From positions 20,035 through 84,034 of the IMG/VR virus record IMGVR_UViG_3300025133_006890: a stretch of 64,000 nt of DNA; one strand, 5' to 3'. Shown piece after piece: positions 48,532 to 56,306 of this stretch. The notes below the pieces were generated by a model. That model saw nothing but the letters and a program-made list of their open reading frames with translations, did not search any database and was not told where the DNA came from. Every line of letters starts with the position of its first letter. Within the stretch, counting starts at the first letter, position 1. Position numbers and translations under genes: made by a program. The DNA comes from a virus.

Positions 48532-49044
48532 GTGAAAATTAATAGAAGACATTTAATTAAGATTATCAAAGAAGAAATTATCAAAGAAGAAGTTCATAGA
48601 GTAATGGGCTCTAAAAAGTTAAAGATTGTAGAAGGCGCTGATGCTAGAGGAAATATGATGAAAACTGGCATTTCAAGAGAGGAGGCTGATAAAATTCATA
48701 GTAAATATGCCAATAGCCCAGCGTATGGAAACGGCAAATATTGGAAACAAATTTCAGCCATCACAAGAATGCTTGGATATAGCGCCGTAGAGGCTGAGTA
48801 TTTTTTGGATTTGGAGCTTGTTAGTTCTCTCGCGGTTGCTCCAGTGAGCGCGTTCACTGTTGCCAAGTGGTTTAAAGAGGCTGAACAAGATCCCAGCGTT
48901 AACACAGAAGAAATGCAGAATAGAATTGAGACTGAATTGCTACCGGCAATCGCCAGAGTTCAGCCGCCGGATCGCCGCGAATTTCGCAGAGCCGATCTTC
49001 AAGCCGCCTTTGCACTTATTGCTCGCACTCAACAAGTAACATGA
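48532..49044 (+). CDS. Hypothetical protein with MKI..IIKEE leader (candidate internal head protein)
   Basis: MKINRRHLIKIIKEEIIKEE; perfect 15-bp tandem duplication 48562-48591. Confidence 0.75.
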   Translation: MKINRRHLIKIIKEEIIKEEVHRVMGSKKLKIVEGADARGNMMKTGISREEADKIHSKYANSPAYGNGKYWKQISAITRMLGYSAVEAEYFLDLELVSSLAVAPVSAFTVAKWFKEAEQDPSVNTEEMQNRIETELLPAIARVQPPDRREFRRADLQAAFALIARTQQVT

Positions 49045-49061
49045 AAATCAAATAATCACAA

Positions 49062-49154
49062 TTGACACACAAGGGAAATCCCAAACCGGGAACATACGAT
49101 AGAGCAGATAGCCTTGTTGTTGCAAAGGCCGCCTTTACCAGACTTAACGACTAA
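49062..49154 (+). pseudogene. Orphan diverged copy of the resolvase 3' end (30 codons)
   Basis: LTHKGNPKPGTYDRADSLVVAKAAFTRLND* vs LTPKGNPKPGTFDRADSLIVARAGFLKLKD* (48412-48504); 22/30 aa and 68/93 nt identical. Confidence 0.9.
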
Positions 49155-49160
49155 TTATTA
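49150..49160 (+). promoter_or_regulatory. Putative late promoter ACTAATTATTA immediately before ATG 49162
   Basis: Recurrent 11-mer; no room for an SD. Confidence 0.6.
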
Positions 49161-49161
49161 T

Positions 49162-49782
49162 ATGAAGATTCAAAAATCAAAACTTAAAAAAATTGTGAAT
49201 GAGGAATACGTTTCTCTCCTAAACGAAGAAAAGGCCCGCCTAACCTTGCTGCGAGAGTATGACAAGCTATTAGAGTCTGGTCTAAGTCGGGATCAAGCCG
49301 ACGCAAGGATTATCAATCGACTTGATGAAGGTCTTTTCGACGCCTTGCTAGAAAATATCAAAGAATGGTTGTTTGCCAAACTTCTGGAAGCTCTTGGGGT
49401 TGAACCCAACTCCATCTTGTTCAGAGCTTTGAAGAATGCTATTGGTAACATGTCGCTGGAAGATTGGAAGGGTGTTTTCTCCGGAGATTGTGAAACCACA
49501 ACTGAAGTTATTCTTGGAGCAATTACCGAAACCATAACTGAAGTTTTTGCCATTGATAATCTGGCAGATATGGTTGGGTATGAACCAAATGGAATCCTTT
49601 ATGATTTGGTCGGCGGCACAGCCCGAGAGTATGTCGGTGGCATGGTCAACAATGCAACCAAATCATTGAGAGACCCACTAACTAAGTGGATTTGCAGCTT
49701 TAAGTTTGGCGATGTGGTTGATAATCTTCGATCCGGTGCCAGTTCGGTCGTAGATTCCGCAAAAGAAGCTATAGCACAATAA
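49162..49782 (+). CDS. Hypothetical protein with MKI..IVNEE leader (candidate internal head protein)
   Basis: MKIQKSKLKKIVNEE; ATG 49162 preferred over TTG 49114. Confidence 0.75.
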   Translation: MKIQKSKLKKIVNEEYVSLLNEEKARLTLLREYDKLLESGLSRDQADARIINRLDEGLFDALLENIKEWLFAKLLEALGVEPNSILFRALKNAIGNMSLEDWKGVFSGDCETTTEVILGAITETITEVFAIDNLADMVGYEPNGILYDLVGGTAREYVGGMVNNATKSLRDPLTKWICSFKFGDVVDNLRSGASSVVDSAKEAIAQ

Positions 49783-49850
49783 ACTATTAATCAAGATTCC
49801 GCAAGGCCCATTAGCAAAGTTGGCTGATTCTGAACTTAATAACATATCGA

Positions 49851-49879
49851 TTGACGCGATTCATGGATTCTGGTACACT
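49851..49879 (+). promoter_or_regulatory. Sigma70-type promoter for primase (probably leaderless)
   Basis: TTGACG - 17 bp - TACACT with extended -10 TG; ATG begins 7 nt after the -10 box. Confidence 0.7.
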
Positions 49880-49891
49880 TGATCCATGAAT
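49859..49891. repeat. Perfect 10-bp inverted repeat covering the primase start codon
   Basis: ATTCATGGAT (49859-68), 13-nt spacer, ATCCATGAAT (49882-91). Confidence 0.9.
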
Positions 49892-50827
49892 AAGCTCACT
49901 TTTATACAAAGCTTGCTCGGGCAGTGTCTCGTCGTAGGTGACGAACATATCTACACTTGTCCGTTTTGCAAACACAATAAAAAGAAATTATCAATTAACT
50001 TTTCCAAAGGCAAATGGAAATGCTGGATTTGCGACAAGGCTGGCAGAAGCATCAAGACGCTGGTTCGTCAGGTTGGTAGCGCTCATCATATTAGAGAATG
50101 GGCGCGCATAACAGATTCGGTTGATTTGTCTGAAATCGGAGATATTAATTTAGAAAATCTCTTCAAAAAAGAGGAAAAAGTAAAACAGATCGTTACATTA
50201 CCAGACGGATTCGTTTCGCTTGCAACGAGGAAGAAAGTTCGTGGCTCTAGAAAAGCCATGGCATATCTCAAGAAGCGCCGAATTTCATTTTCAGACTTGT
50301 TAACGTGGAAGGTCGGAATTTGCACAAAAGGCACGCACGCTGGCAGAATCATTGTTCCATCGTTTGATCTCAATGGAGATTTAAATTATTTTATTGGGCG
50401 AGCTTATGATGGCGCGTGGCCAAGGTATATGAATGCCGGCCAACCAAAAAAAGAAATTGTGTTTAATGAATTGAGCTTGGATTTCTCCAAAGAAATCACA
50501 ATAGTTGAGGGAGTGTTTGATGCTATCGTCGCAGGCGAGAACAGTGTTCCCCTTCTGGGATCAACTCTGAGAGAGATGGATTTATTGTTCAAGAGATTGG
50601 TTGAAAATAATACGACAGTCTATATGGCTTTGGACCACGACGCAAGAAAGAAGCAGGACAAAATCGTTGAGCTTTTGTTGCACTATGGCTTGACAGTGTA
50701 TGTTATCAATACGTTTGGCTTTCCAGATGTGGGTGAGATGACAAAGGAACAATTTGTGAAAAGAAAACAAGAGGCTACGCTGTCAGATTCGTGGAGCCTT
50801 TTCGCATCTGCAATGGCAAATGGGTGA
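49886..50827 (+). CDS. DNA primase (DnaG-type, zinc finger + TOPRIM)
   Basis: CPFC...CWIC, RIIVPS, GR, EGVFD, ALDHDA, DVGEM. Confidence 0.9.
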   Translation: MNKLTFIQSLLGQCLVVGDEHIYTCPFCKHNKKKLSINFSKGKWKCWICDKAGRSIKTLVRQVGSAHHIREWARITDSVDLSEIGDINLENLFKKEEKVKQIVTLPDGFVSLATRKKVRGSRKAMAYLKKRRISFSDLLTWKVGICTKGTHAGRIIVPSFDLNGDLNYFIGRAYDGAWPRYMNAGQPKKEIVFNELSLDFSKEITIVEGVFDAIVAGENSVPLLGSTLREMDLLFKRLVENNTTVYMALDHDARKKQDKIVELLLHYGLTVYVINTFGFPDVGEMTKEQFVKRKQEATLSDSWSLFASAMANG

Positions 50828-50833
50828 TTGGAA

Positions 50834-50959
50834 ATGAATATTGAAGAGGGAGACGTATTCATAAATCGCGGACCAATGGGCAGAGAAGTGTATGTTATTT
50901 CTTATGGGCCGACCCTGGTTGATACAGAGTTTTTTAGCAATTGTGAGAAGGTTAATTAA
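50834..50959 (+). CDS. Small hypothetical protein (41 aa), absent from the ORF track
   Basis: MNIEEGDVFINRGPMGREVYVISYGPTLVDTEFFSNCEKVN*; fills the gap, TAA directly before ATG 50960. Confidence 0.5.
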   Translation: MNIEEGDVFINRGPMGREVYVISYGPTLVDTEFFSNCEKVN

Positions 50960-53900
50960 ATGAAAATACTACAGATAAGCGATATTCATGTGAGAAATTA
51001 TAAGTATCATCATGAATACAAGACAGTTTTTACAGAACTCTACGAGAAAGCGAAGCAATTAAAGCCAGACATCATTGTGAATACTGGTGACACGTTCCAC
51101 ACGAAGTCAAAGATTTCTCCAGAAGCGTATAAGATGGTTTCAGATCTGTTCAGGAATCTGGCAGACATTGCGCCATTGCATGTTATTTTGGGCAATCACG
51201 ACACAAATGTGAAGAATACCAACAGGCTCGACTCTGTTAGCCCAATCATCGAGGCTTTGAATCATGATAATATTCATTATCATAAGAATTCTGATGAGAC
51301 ATTCCTTAATGGGTTTGCTTTCAATACTCTGTCCATATTGGACCCCGAGAGCTGGACGGCTCCAACCAATCCAGAAATGGTTAATATTGCTCTGTATCAT
51401 GGCGCAGTCCAAGGAGCAAAGACAGACGCCGGCTGGACAATGGAACACGGAGAGATCAGCCTCGACTTCCTTCAAAAGTTCGATTATGCATTGCTTGGGG
51501 ATATTCACAAAACCAATCAAGCTTTAGATGAGAAGGGCAAGGCGAGATATCCCGGCTCCTTGATTTGCCAGAACTTTGGAGAAACAAACGATAAAGGTTT
51601 TCTGTTTTGGGACATTAAAGACAAGGACGCCTTTACATGCAAACACATTAAACTACACAACCCAAAACCATTTGTTTCCATTACGCTAACAAAAGACGGC
51701 AGGCTGCCATACAAGCGAACACTTCCAAAGGGCGCTCGTCTAAGACTTATCTCAGAAACTAAGTTGTCGTTACACGTTATACGTCGGGCCATGGAGGCAG
51801 CAAAATATAAATATAAGCCAGAGATCGTATCATATTTGAATCGCTCCAATTCGGAGAGGATTAATGTAGAAAGCGAAGTAAGTTCAATTCTTAATAAGAA
51901 TTTGCGGGAAGTAAGCACTCAAGAACAGCTCATTGAAAAGTATCTTCAAGATTATAGTGTGACCTCCGAATCTTTGAAGGAAGTATTTACTCTAAATAAA
52001 AAGTACAATTTGTTGGCCAAGCAGGGCGAAGAAACCCAAAGAAATATTTCGTGGAAGATCAAGAGTTTTAAATGGGATAACCTATTCAATTATGGTAGTG
52101 GCAATTATATTAATTTTGAAGGTCTGTCGGGAGTTGTTGGCATCTTTGGCAAGAACTATAGTGGCAAAAGTTCTGTTATTAATGCTCTTTTGTATACTAT
52201 GTTTAACTCAACTGCTAAAAACATTAGAAAGAACTTCAATGTCATCAACGAACATCGCCAAATTGGCTCTGGAGAAATTGAAATCGAGGTTGGTGCTAAA
52301 GTATATAAGATTGTTCGTAAATCTGAGAAGTATGTCAAAAAGCTCAGAGGGAAAGTGACAGACGAGGCAAAAACAGAAGTAGATTTTACGTCTTATGACA
52401 CAATTTCAGGGCAAACAAATGTTTTAAACTCCACAGACCGAGCAGCCACTGATAGAGAGATCCGTAAAGTATTTGGAACAATTGAGGATTTCCTCTTGAC
52501 TTCCGTAATGCCACAACTTGGGGCTCTTAAGTTCATCAACGAGGGCTCAACAAAGAGAAAGGAGATCCTCGCTAAGTTCTTGGACTTAGAGTTGTTCGAA
52601 CAGAAGTTTAAGTTGGCGCACGAGAACGCTGCCGAAACAAAAGCTCTGCTTAGGAAGATGGGCGATCATGATTATGATTCAAACATTAAAGCTTCCATGT
52701 TAGAACTAGCAAAGAATGAAATTAAAACGGCTGGCAAGAAGTCGGCGTGCGAGGCTCTCCAAGAATTGATAACAACTCTGAGAGGAGAAATAGAAGAGAA
52801 CCAGAGAAAGATTGATTCAATCCCAACAGATCCAATTAACATTCACAGCATTGTGTCATCAAGAGATTCCTTTCTCCGAGACGTTATAACAAAGAAAGAG
52901 ATGAACGATTTGCTGCTAACACAGATAGACAACAGCAAAACCTTTGTAGCTAACGCAGACACTTTTCTTCAGAAGTTCAACATTGATGAATACCGCTCTG
53001 TTGTCGAGGAAGAGGCTTCTAAGACTCTTGAGTGGGCAGCCCTAGACAATCACATCACAGACAAAAAGAAGACCTTTAAAATCTATCAGAACAAGAAGAA
53101 GATGATTGAGGGAATTCCCTGTGGAGATTCTTATTTGGCAACTTGTAAGTTTATCAAAGACGCCTATGAGTCTTCGAAAAAGATTGATGGTTTGGAAAAG
53201 AACATACGAGAACTTGAGCTTGAATTCAAAGCTCTGGACAAATACATTGATGACTTGAATATCACCGCAGCTAAGGATTATATTAAAAAGTATGATGATC
53301 TGGTTGATAAGAAGAGAGAACACGAATCTGACATTGTGAAGAAGAAACTACTGATCCAAAAGAGCATTAATGAAATCAACTTGCACGAATCAGAGATAGT
53401 GGATTTGCAGGAAAAAATTGAATATTATAATGAGAATAAAGATGCTATCGAAAACCACCACAAACTTGAAAGGCAAAAGAAAAAACTAGCCAAAGAAGTA
53501 GAGAACCAAGAAGATGAAATGAAAAAATGCTCTGAAGAAATTTTAGAGCTGTATAAGACTCACGGTTCTTTAGAGGAAAGAGTTAAGAATTCCAACGAAC
53601 AAAAGGAAGAAGTTGAGAGGTTGCGCCTGGAGCATTCTGCTGCGGATCTATTCATGCGATGTATGCACAGCAACGGTATCGCGTTTGATATCATTAAGAA
53701 GGCGCTGCCACACGTTAATGACGAGATTGCTAAAGTCTTGGCCAATATCGTTGACTTTAAGGTGTTTTTCGAAACGGACGGCAACAAGCTTGATATCTAC
53801 ATTCAACACCCGAAACATCAACCAAAGCCACTAGAAAATGGTTCGGGAGCAGAGAAAACCCTTGCAGCTATGGCAATTAGGATTGCAATTCTAAGTATTA

Positions 53901-54112
53901 GCAACATGCCAAAGTGCAATGTGTTGATTTTGGATGAGCCAGGGTCGGCTCTGGACGAGGATCATTTAGAGAGCTTTTCAAGAATTATTGAAATGTTGAA
54001 AGGATATTTTGACACTTGCATGATAATTACTCATGTAGGCGCTTTGAAAGATATTGTGGATCGAGAGATTTCAATTGAGAAGAAAAAAGGATTTGCATAC
54101 ATAAACGAGTGA
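50960..54112 (+). CDS. Fused Mre11/SbcD nuclease - Rad50/SbcC ATPase (gp47-gp46-like)
   Basis: SDIH, GD, GNHD, HG, LGDIH; Walker A GKNYSGKS; long coiled coil; GSGAE signature; Walker B ILDEP; ITH. Confidence 0.92.
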   Translation: MKILQISDIHVRNYKYHHEYKTVFTELYEKAKQLKPDIIVNTGDTFHTKSKISPEAYKMVSDLFRNLADIAPLHVILGNHDTNVKNTNRLDSVSPIIEALNHDNIHYHKNSDETFLNGFAFNTLSILDPESWTAPTNPEMVNIALYHGAVQGAKTDAGWTMEHGEISLDFLQKFDYALLGDIHKTNQALDEKGKARYPGSLICQNFGETNDKGFLFWDIKDKDAFTCKHIKLHNPKPFVSITLTKDGRLPYKRTLPKGARLRLISETKLSLHVIRRAMEAAKYKYKPEIVSYLNRSNSERINVESEVSSILNKNLREVSTQEQLIEKYLQDYSVTSESLKEVFTLNKKYNLLAKQGEETQRNISWKIKSFKWDNLFNYGSGNYINFEGLSGVVGIFGKNYSGKSSVINALLYTMFNSTAKNIRKNFNVINEHRQIGSGEIEIEVGAKVYKIVRKSEKYVKKLRGKVTDEAKTEVDFTSYDTISGQTNVLNSTDRAATDREIRKVFGTIEDFLLTSVMPQLGALKFINEGSTKRKEILAKFLDLELFEQKFKLAHENAAETKALLRKMGDHDYDSNIKASMLELAKNEIKTAGKKSACEALQELITTLRGEIEENQRKIDSIPTDPINIHSIVSSRDSFLRDVITKKEMNDLLLTQIDNSKTFVANADTFLQKFNIDEYRSVVEEEASKTLEWAALDNHITDKKKTFKIYQNKKKMIEGIPCGDSYLATCKFIKDAYESSKKIDGLEKNIRELELEFKALDKYIDDLNITAAKDYIKKYDDLVDKKREHESDIVKKKLLIQKSINEINLHESEIVDLQEKIEYYNENKDAIENHHKLERQKKKLAKEVENQEDEMKKCSEEILELYKTHGSLEERVKNSNEQKEEVERLRLEHSAADLFMRCMHSNGIAFDIIKKALPHVNDEIAKVLANIVDFKVFFETDGNKLDIYIQHPKHQPKPLENGSGAEKTLAAMAIRIAILSISNMPKCNVLILDEPGSALDEDHLESFSRIIEMLKGYFDTCMIITHVGALKDIVDREISIEKKKGFAYINE

Positions 54113-54124
54113 GACAATCATAAT

Positions 54125-54286
54125 ATGAACATCAGCAGAACAGAATTACTTCAAATTATCCGAGAAGAAGTCGAGAATGAGTTGGACAATATAATTGATC
54201 CAATCCGAGAAGAAGATGAAGATTGGTATGGTGATTGTGGGTGTCCAGAGCGGGAACCAGCAGTTAATCCAGTTCCAACACCTTAA
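54125..54286 (+). CDS. Small protein (53 aa) with MNI..IIREE leader, absent from the ORF track
   Basis: MNISRTELLQIIREEVENELDNIIDPIREEDEDWYGDCGCPEREPAVNPVPTP*. Confidence 0.7.
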   Translation: MNISRTELLQIIREEVENELDNIIDPIREEDEDWYGDCGCPEREPAVNPVPTP

Positions 54287-54309
54287 CAAACCAAAAGGAA
54301 TATAGTAAA

Positions 54310-54528
54310 ATGGGAATCAAGAAGGCACTACTAAAATGGCACTCACGAAAATGGCAAGTATTTTTAATCGCTACAATCCTTTTCATTTTGGGACCGATCG
54401 TAGATTTGATGTGGGTTCCGGTTTGGGCTTGGGTAACAATATCAACAGCATATGTTGGCTCAGAAGCTTATGTTGATCGCTCTCATAAAATGGCAAGTGT
54501 GTTAAAACCAAATGTGGATAACGGCTAA
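54310..54528 (+). CDS. Putative holin (2 TM)
   Basis: 72 aa; SRKW followed by two hydrophobic helices; Y.G.EA.VD. Confidence 0.55.
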   Translation: MGIKKALLKWHSRKWQVFLIATILFILGPIVDLMWVPVWAWVTISTAYVGSEAYVDRSHKMASVLKPNVDNG

Positions 54529-54910
54529 AAAAGTTTGGGCATGGATTAAGGCATATTGGTATGTTCCAGTTTCGATTATTGCGTCTGTAATCTTGTGGCG
54601 AATCTTTAGAGAGGACATCGGAGAACCAACTAGGCTTTTGGCCGACGCTAAGGATTCTCACAAAAAAGAGGTTGAAGCCCTAGAGAAGATTCGAGAAGAA
54701 GAGAATCAGAAAAAAGATAAAATACTCATAGACTATTACAATATAGTGACAAGACTGGACAAAGAGTATAAAGAACAAAATCTTACTTTGCGCGAATGGG
54801 AAAGAAAGAAAGTAGAGAAGATTATAAAAAGAACAGTCGATGATCCCGAAGCCAGGGCAGCAGAAATTGCAGAACAGTTTGGCTTTCAGGTGGTACACAT
54901 AGATGATTAA
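54512..54910 (+). CDS. Putative i-spanin-like protein (N-terminal TM + coiled coil)
   Basis: Amphipathic and TM N-terminus, K/E heptads; overlaps both neighbours. Confidence 0.45.
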   Translation: MWITAKKVWAWIKAYWYVPVSIIASVILWRIFREDIGEPTRLLADAKDSHKKEVEALEKIREEENQKKDKILIDYYNIVTRLDKEYKEQNLTLREWERKKVEKIIKRTVDDPEARAAEIAEQFGFQVVHIDD

Positions 54911-55364
54911 GCGTGTTATCTCAGTAATAACCGCAATCACTATCCTGCTGTTTCCAACGGCAGCTTTCACACAACAAGGAAGAATAGCACCAATCAAGAA
55001 GGGGCAAGCCGCTCCTTTTAATGGATTGGTTTATGATTATAAAGCTGATGCGGTTATGTCTGCCCGCCGAGAAGCTTCCGAAGCTAGACACAAAATTGAT
55101 AAAGAGCACGCTTTGGCCTTGAAAGACGCCAAGCACAAAGCTCAACTGCAATCTGTTATTGCCTCTAAAGAGGCAGCCCAAAAGAGGTATAATGAGATAG
55201 GGAAGATTAAAGACAACAGGATGACATCTCTTGAGAAGCAGGTTTTAGACCACAAGGATTACTCAATGTGGTGGTTTTCTGGAGGGGTCATCGGTGGAAT
55301 ACTAATCACTCTGGCATCAGCGTGGGCACTCGGACAGGCCACACAAGTGGATCGCAGCAATTAA
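54903..55364 (+). CDS. Signal-peptide, coiled-coil, C-terminal-TM protein (spanin-partner candidate)
   Basis: MIKRVISVITAITILLFPTAAF signal; KGQAAPFNG; WWFSGGVIGGILITLA. Confidence 0.45.
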   Translation: MIKRVISVITAITILLFPTAAFTQQGRIAPIKKGQAAPFNGLVYDYKADAVMSARREASEARHKIDKEHALALKDAKHKAQLQSVIASKEAAQKRYNEIGKIKDNRMTSLEKQVLDHKDYSMWWFSGGVIGGILITLASAWALGQATQVDRSN

Positions 55365-55762
55365 TGTCTAAAAATTATAACTACATAGCCGCTCTTGAGC
55401 GGGCAATTGGTAAGAAATATGGCGAATTGTCAACTATCAACCCTGCTAAGTTTTGGAACGAAGATAAAGAAAGAGAGTACATTGAGCAGACAAAAGAGTT
55501 ATTTAAGGAAGATTTCATAAAGACATCGAAGGAGCTTGAGCAGCAGTCCCACGGACTTTTCATAAGCTCGAAACTAATTAATAGAGAAATTGAAAGGGTT
55601 TGTGAAGTTTGTGAAGTTTACTCTTTTAATTTAATGGACGACATCTATCAGACTAAGTTTGGTTGTTGTTACGAGTGTTACATAAAATACGTTCATCGCA
55701 TGGAAGAACGTTGGAAAAGTGGCTGGAGGCCAAACAATGTCAAAAGAGAAGAAAACGAATAA
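55364..55762 (+). CDS. Hypothetical zinc-finger protein
   Basis: CEVC...CCYEC; ATG 55364 coupled via TAATG. Confidence 0.75.
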   Translation: MSKNYNYIAALERAIGKKYGELSTINPAKFWNEDKEREYIEQTKELFKEDFIKTSKELEQQSHGLFISSKLINREIERVCEVCEVYSFNLMDDIYQTKFGCCYECYIKYVHRMEERWKSGWRPNNVKREENE

Positions 55763-56306
55763 CGTGATGGACATCATTAACGCCATTTCGTCAGCAATGC
55801 AGAATTCTTATGATGGAGCAGTTGATGACAAGGGCGAACCTGTTAAGATCGGACTGAATAGAGAAGTTGACAACGTTGTATTAGATTCCAGAAGTGGTAT
55901 CATGGACGGTTTTTGTATTCGGTTTGGCAGTGACAAGCTTATTGTTTCTTATCATGGAGAGGTTAGCATGAAGGATCTTCATCGCGATGGGCCAAAGAAG
56001 TTTGAGCGCGACATTGAAGATAAGTTTGCCGACATTGCTAAGTTCCTTAAGAAAGAATATAAGAAGCACGCCAAAGGAGCGCTCAAGCTAGTTTCACAGG
56101 GCGATTGTGAAGCGAAGATTCAAAGGTTATCAAATATTAGAAACTGGGTGACAGCCAGTAAAGTATATAAGATTGGTAATACAAATGAGCCAGTTGGCGA
56201 TCAGAGTGGAAACACGGGCCCAAGAACGGTTGATAAGGCAGTGGCGGATTTCCTGGCTCTATCGACAGACAAGCGACCAAAGAACGCAAAAATAAAAAAT
56301 GATTAA
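55737..56306 (+). CDS. Hypothetical protein upstream of the terminase
   Basis: 189-aa ORF; SYDGA.D..G.P.KIGL.RE. Confidence 0.75.
   Translation: MSKEKKTNNVMDIINAISSAMQNSYDGAVDDKGEPVKIGLNREVDNVVLDSRSGIMDGFCIRFGSDKLIVSYHGEVSMKDLHRDGPKKFERDIEDKFADIAKFLKKEYKKHAKGALKLVSQGDCEAKIQRLSNIRNWVTASKVYKIGNTNEPVGDQSGNTGPRTVDKAVADFLALSTDKRPKNAKIKND

Noticed and set aside
49810-49845. Possible third, older resolvase 3' remnant (LAKLADSELNN vs VAKAAFTRLND)
   Set aside because: Only about 5/11 residues match, with no DRADS motif and no promoter copy; could be chance
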